Assembly (NCBI GenBank): GCA_041742355.1
Contig: JBGSIV010000099.1
Span: forward strand, 1-22,484
DNA: 22,484 bases
Source: Candidatus Zixiibacteriota bacterium
GTDB lineage: Bacteria > Zixibacteria > MSB-5A5 > GN15 > FEB-12
Reading direction: 5' to 3'
Below are positions 1 through 10,700 of this stretch, one piece after another. Below the pieces are notes generated by a model. It was not told where the DNA came from and ran no database searches. It saw nothing but the letters and a program-made list of their open reading frames with translations. Position numbers and translations under genes: made by a program. The stretch's first letter is position 1. Every line of letters starts with the position of its first letter.

Positions 1-2524
1 CGCCATTGTTCCAGTACTCGCCGAGCGCAGGCTTCAGCTTGTGCTGTATGAAATCTTTCACCTGCGCGAGATTGGCAAACGATCGCTCTCCCGTTGTTCG
101 TCTCGACCTTTCTTGAGGAAAATAGGCTTCAATGGATCCGCCGTCGGTCTCGCAAAGCACTTTGGCGATCGTGGTATCGAGAACATTGCCGGCGACGTTG
201 GCGCCGACTTTCCCGATTTCCTCGATCTCGACCGGGTGGGCATCGTCACCCATGGAAATCCGTGCATAAGTGATATCTACTGTGCCTGCACCGATGTCAT
301 AAACCAGCACGCGTTCCACATCGGGCAGTTTGCCTGAAGCCCACTTGTTTCTCGTTTGCATGTAGTAGACCACTACGGCATCTGACTCACTGATGAAGCG
401 AAAACGGCGTGAGTCGCTAAAGAAGACGGACGTATGACGGTTCCGCAACCGCGAAACGAAGTCGCTTTCGCCCTCGCCATTTTCGGGCGCCGTGATCGCC
501 GCCCACGTGATCTTCTCTTGAAGACACTTGCGGATTACCTGCTCGTGGACTTGATTGAAAGTATTGGGCACCGTAATCACCAAGTTGCCGAGTGTCGCCA
601 GGAGACCTTCGTCGCCGAATACACCCCGACCTCTCGCGAATTTGTCCAGCATGGCGGGTATCAGGTAGTCGCGGAACACGAGGAGATAAGCCTGCTCCAC
701 CAGTTCGCTGACCGGCAATTCCTGCATCGGCAATGGGCTTCGAGCACGGCAGTAGTATGCCGACTTCGGGTCGAAGACTGGGAGAGCTTTGAATCCGAGC
801 AGCATCTTGAGTGTCGGCAGAAACTTTGGAGCAAAGGAGCTCTCCCGGCGCAGTTCTCCATCGGGAGCAATGCCGATGAGACGAGGCGAAAGATTGACGA
901 GCGAAGCGACACCCAATTGGCGCTTGACGTCTTCCAAACCGTCTTCTGCGTCATCGGCGTACTGCAGGTAGAGTTGCGACCATAGGTAGTCTGTGTCGGC
1001 ATCGGGGAAATCGCGGTTCCCCTTCTCGCGGTGCTTGGCCGCTAGAGACAAGGAAACTAGCTCGTCGCCGGTCATGAGGTAAGCACAAATCGCGGACGTG
1101 CCAAAGTCCACCGCCAACCATGGAATCACCCGACGCTCCACCGAAAACCTCAGCCGTAGATCCAAGCTTCCCTCCTGCCGGATACTTCGGCTGGACTGGG
1201 AGACTTCATAGTTCGCCGTTACCCGTAACTCACATGAAAGGGAATCTGCCTGGGTAATCAGGTAGATTAGTTCCGCTGGACTGAGCCGGAACTGGATCAT
1301 TTGATCAGCGTCGCCGTTAAGTACCTCACGACTGGTCCGCATCTCAATTACGTCGCCGTTACCTTCGTCGTCGCAGATAAGGACGTTGGGCGCTTCAGTT
1401 ATCGTCTGGTCACTGAGTGTTACCTCAAGGTGAGCCTGCAGGTCTTCAATGCGAACCCGGCCATCAGACCCATCTCTGCGGGCAGCATTGCGAAAGGTCA
1501 GCATCAGCAGCACCACCTCGTCAGTAGAATCAGCATAAAAACCGACTGGATAGCGCAGGGTCGTATCCCAACTAACAAGACCAGTGGCATCGTCACGTGT
1601 CAGATTCTGCAATTCCATGTCCTTGGGCTCAACCACGACCTGAAGCTCAGCTGTTTGGGGGTCCGGCAAGAGTGTAAAGGGCGGCAACTTGTGCGCTTGA
1701 AAAACCTCCCCCGACATGGATATTAGTTCGAGCATGGGGCTTACGGTTGCGGCTTCGGATGGGCTCGCCAGTGCAGCGGTGTCCAGATACAGCCTCAGCG
1801 GAACTGCAGCAAAAGGATCAAGCTTAAGTGAGTGATCGCCATCGGCGCTGGATTCACTCCGGACCGCCTTCGAGAGGTCAATGCGGCCGTTGATCGCGGA
1901 TGTGACGCGCCAATTGATGTCCGTAATGTCGACGAAACGCTGTTCGGGAAGCCGACGGATGTGCACCGTGTAGATGGGATAGGTCGATCCGTCGCAGGTG
2001 ATCTCGGGCGGTCCGGCCTTGACGACTGAGGTGATCTCTACGCTTCCCTTCTTAGGGTTCAGGAGTATCCGAATTGGCATCCCGTCGAGCAAGGGAGCAC
2101 TGCTGCCGTCCTTGACCTCGTAAACTGTCAGCTTGATCTCGATCGAGATCGGCTTTCCTGCCTGGGGCTGCAAACGGCAATCCTCGATCGCAGAGAGATC
2201 GATTCCTACATCTATGTATTCGCCTAATGCATCAACGGCTTGGCCGCTGAGCTTCCCATATATCAAATCCTTGCTCCCGTGCGGCTTCAAATAAAACAAT
2301 TCATGCCTGCGGGCCACCAGCTCCTTGGGCACCTGGCCGTCCAGTTCCAAAGAGAGCACCTTACGGCGCTGTCCCGCACTCGGAAGCGAGCAAGTGATCA
2401 CACTGTCAAAGTGCTTGCTGGGATTGCCCTTTATGTCGATGGCCGCGACAACAACCTGAGCCTCGTCTGGTTCCGGCGGCCATTGGAGGATGATCGAATC
2501 TCTGGGCGAAGTGCTTCCTTTCAC
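1..2524 (-). CDS. Hsp70/actin-like ATPase-fold protein with ~470-aa N-terminal extension (3'-partial, runs off left edge)
   Basis: Manual translation of the minus strand gives one stop-free frame from GTG at 2524 to position 2 (~841 codons). Hsp70-type motifs occur in order: WLAVDFGTS (phosphate-1, ~1095-1121), LVITVPNTF, FISESDAV (connect-1), VLVYDIGAGTVDIT (phosphate-2), VAGNVLD. Absent from the ORF track, presumably because no stop lies in the window. Start codon uncertain. Confidence 0.85.
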   Translation of the reverse strand, partial: MKGSTSPRDSIILQWPPEPDEAQVVVAAIDIKGNPSKHFDSVITCSLPSAGQRRKVLSLELDGQVPKELVARRHELFYLKPHGSKDLIYGKLSGQAVDALGEYIDVGIDLSAIEDCRLQPQAGKPISIEIKLTVYEVKDGSSAPLLDGMPIRILLNPKKGSVEITSVVKAGPPEITCDGSTYPIYTVHIRRLPEQRFVDITDINWRVTSAINGRIDLSKAVRSESSADGDHSLKLDPFAAVPLRLYLDTAALASPSEAATVSPMLELISMSGEVFQAHKLPPFTLLPDPQTAELQVVVEPKDMELQNLTRDDATGLVSWDTTLRYPVGFYADSTDEVVLLMLTFRNAARRDGSDGRVRIEDLQAHLEVTLSDQTITEAPNVLICDDEGNGDVIEMRTSREVLNGDADQMIQFRLSPAELIYLITQADSLSCELRVTANYEVSQSSRSIRQEGSLDLRLRFSVERRVIPWLAVDFGTSAICAYLMTGDELVSLSLAAKHREKGNRDFPDADTDYLWSQLYLQYADDAEDGLEDVKRQLGVASLVNLSPRLIGIAPDGELRRESSFAPKFLPTLKMLLGFKALPVFDPKSAYYCRARSPLPMQELPVSELVEQAYLLVFRDYLIPAMLDKFARGRGVFGDEGLLATLGNLVITVPNTFNQVHEQVIRKCLQEKITWAAITAPENGEGESDFVSRLRNRHTSVFFSDSRRFRFISESDAVVVYYMQTRNKWASGKLPDVERVLVYDIGAGTVDITYARISMGDDAHPVEIEEIGKVGANVAGNVLDTTIAKVLCETDGGSIEAYFPQERSRRTTGERSFANLAQVKDFIQHKLKPALGEYWNNG

Positions 2525-2617
2525 GGATCCGTCTCTTCCCTGTTGCGAGTATTGGTGTCCACTTAGGGGAAGCTGCCTGCGCCCCCACCCTTTGCCTCTA
2601 CCTGACTGAGTGCAATC

Positions 2618-3841
2618 TTACCAGGGTTTGATGTCGAATGGGACTATAACTGTGTCCGCCACATCCACCCCATTCTTGGTTGCCGGCTTCCAGCGAGACT
2701 TCATAGCCTTGTCGGTTGCTGTGGAGTGAAGTGACACGGGCGCAGTTGTTCCTTCCGCGACAATCTCTGCCTTTACAGGAGTTCCGTCGCTTGCGATCTG
2801 CAGTCTGACTACCACACGCCCCGAAGCGTGGGTTGACTTCGCAATCGTCGAGTACTTAGCATCGCCGCCGTCGAAGATCATCTCCGCCTTACGATCGGGA
2901 ACCGCGGGCGCCGAGGATTCAACCTGCTCAGGAGGAATCGCCCCATCGGGCGACTGTCCAGAGCCATCGCTACTGCCGAATCCCCGGACGTCGCCAGCGT
3001 ATGGCGAAACAACCGGACTGTCTGGTTGCACAAAACCCAAGACAGCCGATGAAGTATCGAAAGATTCGGTCTGGTCGTCGCCGGGAATCGGCACAGTCCA
3101 CTGCGAATCCTGTTGATCCGTAATCCCGCTTTCGAACCGCACTGGGGTTCGATTAACGCTGTCACCTCCAAGTGGCATTCGCGGAGCCATACCCACAGCG
3201 ACAAGTACCGGGGGCGATGTTGAATTAGCCGATGCTTGACCGACGGCATCCGACCGTATCGGATCCTTCCGTTTGGGGGCTGGCGGGGGAGTTAAGACTG
3301 GCTCCAGAGGTGTCGAGTCGATGGCCCCGGCAGATGAGGTCTCTGCATTGCTCTCCGGTAGCAAGTCCGTCGGTACTCGATCTGCAATTAGAGATGGTAT
3401 GAGGAAAGCTGACGTCGCCACCAAGAGCACTGCCGCAGCGGCGGCGAGTTGGGTCCAACGAGCTCTCAGAACGCGGTACAGTCCCGACGGTTCAACAATT
3501 GGCGGCAGCGATACATTGCGGAGAGGCTTCAGCGCCTCACTCCATGTCTTGATGGCCCACGCGGCGTCATCCGAACCATATCCGAATTCTTTGACGAGCC
3601 GGTCAGTCAAATACGCTACGAATGAGGACTCTTGACTGCTCTGACGTGATAGCAACCAAACCGCGCCTATTTCAACTGATCGAGAGGCCAGAATGATATC
3701 GGAATCATTCGCATGCCCTGAAACGAACAGCGAACGCTCGACATGAAGAGGCGAGGCAAGTAACTCTGACTTCTCATTCACGACGTGCGTGGCTATTATT
3801 GAGGCCAAAGCCTGCCGAGAAGCATCATCGCCTGAACCCAT
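2618..3841 (-). CDS. TonB C-terminal-domain membrane protein with helical N-terminal domain
   Basis: ORF 2618-3892; first ATG at 3841 chosen as likely start. One hydrophobic segment (LAAAAAVLLVATSAFLIPSLI), a Pro/Ser-rich linker, and a TonB_C-like C-terminus (GRVVVRLQIASDGTP...AMKSRWKPATKNGVDVADTVIVPFDI). Confidence 0.75.
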   Translation of the reverse strand: MGSGDDASRQALASIIATHVVNEKSELLASPLHVERSLFVSGHANDSDIILASRSVEIGAVWLLSRQSSQESSFVAYLTDRLVKEFGYGSDDAAWAIKTWSEALKPLRNVSLPPIVEPSGLYRVLRARWTQLAAAAAVLLVATSAFLIPSLIADRVPTDLLPESNAETSSAGAIDSTPLEPVLTPPPAPKRKDPIRSDAVGQASANSTSPPVLVAVGMAPRMPLGGDSVNRTPVRFESGITDQQDSQWTVPIPGDDQTESFDTSSAVLGFVQPDSPVVSPYAGDVRGFGSSDGSGQSPDGAIPPEQVESSAPAVPDRKAEMIFDGGDAKYSTIAKSTHASGRVVVRLQIASDGTPVKAEIVAEGTTAPVSLHSTATDKAMKSRWKPATKNGVDVADTVIVPFDIKPW

Positions 3842-3996
3842 TGGTCTTGTCAGTTCCCCATTGTATATAGTGATCCACTGCGCAATCAACAATAGAACTG
3901 CCGTCGAAACCCTGCTGTCAGTCGTCGGTGCAAATCGATCCCGATCTCCATAACGGATGACCTGCGAACATCATGGATTGGGATTTCAACGATATC

Positions 3997-4024
3997 AACC
4001 TAATCAATAATTCCGAATTGTCAA
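3997..4024 (-). promoter_or_regulatory. putative sigma70 promoter for the TonB-like/Hsp70-like operon
   Basis: Minus strand TTGACA-16 bp-TAGGTT in an AT-rich patch ~155 bp upstream of the ATG at 3841. Confidence 0.4.
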
Positions 4025-4483
4025 GCCCCTCTTGGGGTTTTCTTGCACGCCTTTGAGGACCAATACATGACCTCCAAACCGACAACCCTTGGAGTACGAC
4101 GAATTCCTCATGAGATTCCGAGCGCTGGGTCTCAAGGGGCCGACCGCCTCTGATCCGACTCCGCGAGGAAGGGCGACAGCAGGACTTCCGAGCGGGTAGA
4201 TCTATGCCCAGAGGGCAGTTTGTACAGCGGCTTGCTTGCGCTGAGTTATGTGTAGCCCATTGGAGCACTGTGGTGGTTTGCCTGTAGCGAACTGGCGATA
4301 CATCGACTACTTCCCGTCCGTAACCGGCTGTTGCTCAGAGAGTGTTGTTCGGCTGACTCCTTCATGGAGTCCAGGCATGGAAATGACGGTAGCAAAGTAG
4401 CGAGGAGTAAGACAGAAAGATTCTTGGAGGCGCTCTTCGGGCAACTGGGAAACAGAATCGTATGAAATGATAGAATTCGGATG

Positions 4484-4777
4484 TCAAGGTAGCTTCGTAG
4501 GAGAAACCGGCTCGTCGCCGGTCTCCTCTCCATCGTGGTGCTCCATTAGGTACTGGTACACCTGCACCAGGGCCAGGATCGCCTTGGGGATGTCGTTGAC
4601 ACCCAACCCCTGCGTGCTGTTGTAGTTGCCCGAGCGGTCGCGGTAGGTTCGTTCAAGGATGACCCGTATCGAGGCGAAGCCCTGTCCATCGCAGCCCTGG
4701 TGCTGATTTCTCCATGCAGCCGCTCGCACGGAGCCCACTCTGACGCTGGTCACTGGTCGGTTCTTGGTTTCATTCAT
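4484..4777 (-). CDS. small putative PC4/Whirly-like single-stranded DNA-binding protein
   Basis: 97 aa, GGAGG RBS before ATG. Pattern PV..VRVGSVRAAAWRN...VILERTYRD..G.YNST..LGVNDIPKAILAL resembles small PC4-like proteins seen on mobile elements (recognised by eye, not by search). Confidence 0.6.
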   Translation of the reverse strand: MNETKNRPVTSVRVGSVRAAAWRNQHQGCDGQGFASIRVILERTYRDRSGNYNSTQGLGVNDIPKAILALVQVYQYLMEHHDGEETGDEPVSPTKLP

Positions 4778-4836
4778 GGTCGGTACCTCCCGGGGATCCC
4801 CCGTACACCCAGGGGACGCGGGAGCTCCTTATATGG

Positions 4837-5484
4837 TTATGAGCGAAACTCCGGAGCGATGAAGACCGACGGGGCAGCAAACGGTCCCGGCCGGTTCAGG
4901 AAATACCGGTGGCTGCCAATGAGCTCGTCCCAGTAGTCTGCTTCCGACAACGGGCCATCCTGTTTGCGTTGGATCCAGTAAGCTATGTGCTTCATGATTG
5001 CCTCTCGGTCCGGTTCCATCCGGCCGTCGCGGATAATCACCGGACAGGTCAGGTAGTCGCCTTCGTCCTGGACCTGAAACCTGACGTGTGGCGCCAGCCG
5101 GGAAGCCTCCAGCAGGAAGTTGATAACTAACCGGGCATTGTCCTCGTCATCGCGGGCCTTGGTGAAGCCGCTCATGAGGAACCCTTCGCTCCGGTAGCCG
5201 CCGAGGCGCACCTCGATGAGTTTCCGGTCTTCCAATCGCCTGCGGCCGTCAGGTGTGGCCAATTCGCCTGTGATCCGCTGCCACACCTCCTGGACCTACA
5301 GCCCCAAAGCCTCCCAGACCGTCCAGTTGGGGTAAATAGTCTCCCGCTCAAGTAACAGCCGCTCGCAAGTCCAGGTATGCTCGGTGTTGTATTTCTCCTG
5401 CAGGGCCTCGATCGCCTGCCATTCGGCATCGGTGATCCGGTTCTGCCCGTCGTTCTCGACGGCGGAATGAATGGTTCAACCCAT
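4837..5484 (-). pseudogene. hypothetical protein (~215 codons) disrupted by two in-frame stops
   Basis: GGAGGAG RBS + ATG at 5484, in frame with track ORF 4837-5286. TGA at codon 3 (5476-5478) and TAG at 5296-5298. The intervening frame reads as protein-like sequence (ITDAEWQAIEALQEKYNTEHTWTCERL). Confidence 0.7.
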
Positions 5485-5930
5485 GGTTTCTCCTCCGGGA
5501 CTCTTTGTCCCATAGTCGGAGACAAAGAGCCCCCGTCTGTGATGCCCGCTAAACAGTCGGCGAGTATCGGGTTCTCAGTTGTTGGATTTGTGTGCTCGGA
5601 AAGAGCAAGTGAGGGAATCAGCCGTCGATTCTCAGGAAGGAGCCGGTCAGCCGGATGTCCTCGCAAAGCAGGCTGCGGGCCAGCGCTCGGACGTCGATGG
5701 ACCGGACATTTTCCCGCTTATATATTCGTCCCATTAGCTCCTCCAGATGGGCACAAGTTGGACACAACGAGGATTCTATCCGGAAATGCTGTCGGCAAAT
5801 GTATTGTCAATGACTAACTTGCACTGAATAACCCTCAAATGGCGGGCCATTGTGGACTATCTTCGAAACGTGGCGTGACAACTGACGGATGCCCTCTCAT
5901 AGTCAGCCAGCACGAGCTTTCGGTAGTGGG

Positions 5931-6268
5931 TCAGTTTGAAGTTTCATCCTCTTTTCCCTCCAACAGATTTACTATGTCTTCAATCTCCCAAAGATGATCG
6001 GTAACACTCGTAGCCATAGCGGGAGACACGCGCAACGTCTGGTGGGGCCGCACAAAGTTGTAGTACATGAAGCGCATGGCGACCGCATACGCAAGGTTTT
6101 GCACTTTCTTGGAGAAGCCATTGGTCAACACGATAAAGCGGCGCATGCCCATTCTCATTGTGAGGTTTTGACGTTCCACGAATGAGGTTGAAACATGCGC
6201 CTTTTTCAGTTTCTCAACAATTACCTGTCGTCTAACTCCAATACAAGCTAATGGGGATACCGACCCGT
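5931..6268 (-). pseudogene. IS1-family (DDE) transposase C-terminal fragment
   Basis: HVSTSFVERQNLTMRMGMRRF..LTNGFSKK...MYYNFVRPHQTLRVSPAMA..VTDHLW is the characteristic C-terminus of this transposase group. The 5' part is missing, cut at the IS3 end at 6269. Confidence 0.85.
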
Positions 6269-6924
6269 TGACCTCCCCCAATTTTATGGTCCAGTCATAA
6301 TCTCACATGTTCTGACTCTCTTGTCAATCGGTTCTCATAGTCGTGGGCGTACTCGCAGGGTGTCTGTTGACGGAGCGACCGGTGCGGACGATGCTAATTG
6401 TAGTCGTGTCGCCAGACTTCAAATTTCTGCCGGGCAGCGGCTGAAGTGCCTGACGGTGGTAGATGACTTTACCCGGAAAGCACCGAGATCTTCGTGGGAC
6501 GGTCGATCGGCACGCAGCAGGTGGCGAACGTTTCTGACCTCCTGGCGCAGGGTGGTCATCCCCTGCCGGAGGTCATTGTCAGCGGCCCCGGTCCGGAGTT
6601 TACCAGCGGGGCAATGGATCGGTGGGCGGAACGATGTGCAGTCAAGCTCTCGTCCATTGAGCCGGGCAAGCTGGGGCAGAACTGCTTTGTGGAGTCGTTC
6701 AACGGGAAGTTCCGGGATGAGTGTCTCAACGGCCATTTGTTCTGGATCTTAGCCGATGCCCGGCAGAAATTTGAAGTCTGGCGACACGACTACAATCAGC
6801 ATCGTCCGCACCGTTCCCTCGGCCAGCGGACACCTACCGAGTTCCTTGAAGAGTATGAGAATCGATTGACAGAACGAACGGAGACTTTGAGGTTATAACT
6901 GGACCAAAGAACGGGCGAAGGTCA
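6269..6924. mobile_element. IS3-family (IS407-like) remnant bounded by two inverted copies of the element's right end
   Basis: Starts TGACCT and ends AGGTCA (TG...CA). 6269-6436 is the reverse complement of 6757-6924 (168 bp each). No target-site duplication seen. Confidence 0.8.
6432..6898 (+). pseudogene. IS3-family transposase OrfB integrase-core fragment, frameshifted
   Basis: GQRLKCLTVVDDFTR, then a frameshift near 6485, then GPEFT...IEPGK..QN.FVESFNGKFRDECLN...WRHDYNQHRPHRSLG..TP. The usual DNGPEF catalytic motif reads GPGPEF. Confidence 0.9.
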
Positions 6925-7723
6925 GATCAGCGGCAGCATTCTCTTCCCATTCTTCAATGGTATCAGAGCTCAAAACCGCTGCACTCCGTGCGCGCCAATA
7001 GCGCTCACCGGTCTCGTCCTTCTGGCGGACGGACCCGCCCGTTACAAGCGTCTTCTCTCGCACATTTTGTAAGGTCCTTGCGAATTCCGGTAAGGCGGCA
7101 GTGCTGTTCGGCATTCAGAAGTCTAAAATATGCCAGAGAGCGCCTCAGGGTACATCCCTCACGTGAAGTTGCGGAATCCAGGGTGGTCCAAACGGATGGT
7201 GACCTCGGAGTGACACGCCCGAGGGGGACTGAGGGTAGGGCCCTCGTCAGCACCAGAGCCGGGGTTCTTGCTGCAAGCTGAAAGTGCAAGCCACGGGAAG
7301 CCGCTGACCCGACTGGCTGGTTGAGCGTATCCACGGCCGATTTTCGACGGAATTGTCCTCGGCCAGTTGGCATGCGATCACTGACGGAGTCTTGCGAAAG
7401 CAGCTGTCGCTTAGTGCTTCTGTTCATGATCCTCGTCAAGCGCGCGATGTTGAAGCAAATGTTGGCGGTCCACGTCAGAAAACAGTAGAACCGATGCTGA
7501 TCAGTTGGTCACCTGGTGTCTCACGGTGGACGGTGATCAGCCTTCCTGTGTTTCGTATCGAATCATAGTCGTATCACAACATGGTTGTTGAGAGAGCTTT
7601 CACAATTAATCTTGACAAGATTGTCCCCTTATGACATTGTATCTTAAGCGTAGGGCCGCATATCCACCTGGAGAGTGCTAACAGGCCTTATACTCCCAAC
7701 ATTCTCACCGCGGGGTTACTGAG

Positions 7724-10700
7724 ATGAAATCACTTCTGTGGATGATTGCCACCTTGGCAATTGCGGCTACTGTGTCCGCACAGGGATTGAACATTGACGG
7801 CGTCATCGTGGATGACGACTTCTCGTCGTTCGATTCAAACCGCTACATTCTCTATCACAATGCAGTCTATGACGCGGCCAATCAAAGTGTTAGACTAACC
7901 CCCGTAGCGACTAACCAAGCTGGCCGACTATATCTGAGAGACCAGTTCTGGATGGATAACTTCACGGTCCAGTTCGACTTCTATATGGGGGGTGGTTCGG
8001 GAGCGGATGGAATCGTCTTCGCTTTCACACAATCGCACAACTACGGCCGTTCAGACGGCGGATCGTTGGACTTTGCCGGTGCTACCGGTTACGGAATCGT
8101 ACTCAACACTTACTCCAACGCCGGCGACCCGTCCGAAGAATGTCTCGGACTGGTACGTAACGGCCCCAACAGCTATCTCTCGTATTGGTTGGCGCCCAAC
8201 GGTGCTCTGGAAGGCGGGATTTGGAGAACTGTCAGGGTAACGAATGAATCCGGCCATGTCCGAGTCTGGCTCGATGACACTCTCCGGATCAACTACCAAA
8301 TCGCCAATTATCAGCCTTTCGCCGGCTACTTTGGTTTCACCGCCGCAACTGGGGGATCGACGAACTACCATCGCATCGACAACTTCTTCATCGAGAATGC
8401 CTCCCAGATGAATGTCTGGGCCGACCTGGAGTGTCGATCAATAACCACTCACCCACCCCAACCGTTCGCAGGACAATCGGTTACGGTCTCTGCCGAGATC
8501 GTAAATTCCGGAGACTCAACCGTCCCAATCTTCCTGGTCGACTACTACGAGAGTCCTTCCGGCGCCTACATCGGTTCCGACACTGTACCAGGAATCCGCG
8601 CAGGAGGGCAATTCACCTCAGAAGTCGATTGGACTCCTGGGTGCGGCACTTATAACCTCACGGTAGAAGTTGACCCTCGGAACCTCATTCCGGAGGCCAG
8701 TGAACTCAACAATACGTTTTCGGCAACTGTACAGGCACTCTGTGACACCGGTCTCCAAGTGATAGCGCAGCCGCAGACTCACTCTGCTGGAATTGATGAC
8801 ACAGTGTCGTACAACATCCTTGTGGCGAATCGGAAGCCAGTCCCCGTGCAAGTCACTCTTGAGATAAGTGGTTTACCGTCGGAGTGGTATGCATCTACCC
8901 AAGACACGGTCTGGATTGAGGCGTGGGGAGAACGAAACCTCGCAATCTTGGTCCGGACACCAACCTCATGCGGCGCCGCTGGTCGGTACCCTTTTGTAGT
9001 CTCGGTCAATGCCGTGGATCTGTCGACAACAATTGAAAATGATCTCAGCCTTGAGATCACCTCTGATCCGCATATCATCGACTTGTTGCCCGCCAACGCC
9101 GCAAAGACCAGCACCAACTCCGTCTGGATCAATTGGACCACCCTCAATCATTCGACCAGTGTCGTCTACTATCGTATAGCGGGGACCACCACGTTCTCGC
9201 AGGCAACCGCGGCCGACGGTCGATTTCATAACGTCGAACTGACCAGTCTAAATTGGGATACGCAGTACGAATGGTACTGCCAGAGCGTTTCTGCCTGCGG
9301 ATCGAGCCTGAGCGAGATCCGGCACTTCCGGGTTGGCCACGGCATAGTGTTCCTCGATGCCCCATTTACCATTATTATCGGACGCGATTACAACCAGGAG
9401 CGGACGATAGCCGTCATGAATGAAGACAATCAACCGCATACGCTTCTGCTCGAAGTCATCAACTCGCATTCGGATCTGATTGTAGGCTTCATCGGATCGG
9501 GTAGTATGGACGAGCAGATTACTCTCCAGCCGGGCGAATCGCGGGACGTCACCGTTGTGTTCCATACACAGGACGCCACCAGCCGGCACTATGACGTGTT
9601 GTTTCGGCTCTTGGCCGATGCCGAGACTGTCACCCCCATCTCGGCACTCGCCCCGTGTGCTGTCGATGTAACCTGGCCGGTGGTGGATTTCCGTTTTGAA
9701 GAAGTCTCTTTTGATTCACTCAGCATGATCAGGACGCTTCGAGTTTGTAACGATGGTGATCAGCTCTCCGACCTGAATGTCTTTATCGCGGAGTCATTCG
9801 GCATGAGCATGACCCTCTATCCGAACGTCAACCATGCGTCTCTGCAGCCCGGAGAATGCCTTCAGTTCGCCGTTATTCCGAACTTTCCCGATACGTCGTC
9901 CGGTCGCCAAGGTTGTTCCGCGCTGCTCACCGCAACGGCCGCAGGAGTATCCACTCATTATCGAGTCGAGGACTGCTGCCACGAGACGATCTACGAGGTA
10001 CACGTTCCGAACGTAATCACCTGTCAGAAGGAACACGTCAATTCTTGGTACTGCACGAATCGACCGTATATCCGGATCTATCTCAGCTCCTTTGTCGGAG
10101 GAGACGCAGGCGGCAAGGATTTCTCTGAGGACGTCACGCTAAACATGCATTTCGCAACTCCAGCGGGTTGGCAGCCGCGACCTCATGACGTCCAGGTATT
10201 TGTGAATGGCCATTCGGTAGCTCAACTGCTGAATGGCGTGCCGAAGGGTGACTACAGCTTCTCGATCGATCCGGCATTTCTAAACTCTGCAACTACTGGG
10301 GCCGCGACCAACATCATCGAGCTTTCAACGCAGCATCTCAACGGCGGCCACTACGTTTTGACCGCGGGCGCCCAGTTGTGCCGATGTGTAGCCGACTATT
10401 CTGAGCGCATTTGTGCCGCGACACAGCAACAGGCAGTGCAGGTGCTGCTCGACCGCCCCTACTTGCGAACTGGACCGGAAGGTCTGAGCGTCGCCATTCA
10501 AGAACCGCTCGAGGGAGCCGTACTCAGCGCCGGTTATCGCGTAAATCTGAGGGCCCAAGTAAACGATCAGACCGGTGCACCATTCGACGCCGCCAACGTC
10601 CTCGTCACGACTTGCGATGGGAAGCAGATCCTTCTCGGGCATACGAGAGACGGTGAGTACCAGGGGACGTGGGTGCCCGGGCAGTGCTTGGAGCAATGCG

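Noticed and set aside
41..2588. Short ORFs on both strands in the track
   Set aside because: Shadows of the long minus-strand Hsp70-fold frame.
2525..2620. TonB-like and Hsp70-like genes share a frame, separated by a single TAA (possible fusion or read-through)
   Set aside because: The TonB domain ends at its natural C-terminus and would be periplasmic; the shared frame is plausibly chance.
7612..7645. TTGACA upstream of the giant gene
   Set aside because: No acceptable -10 hexamer at 16-18 bp spacing, so no promoter is called.
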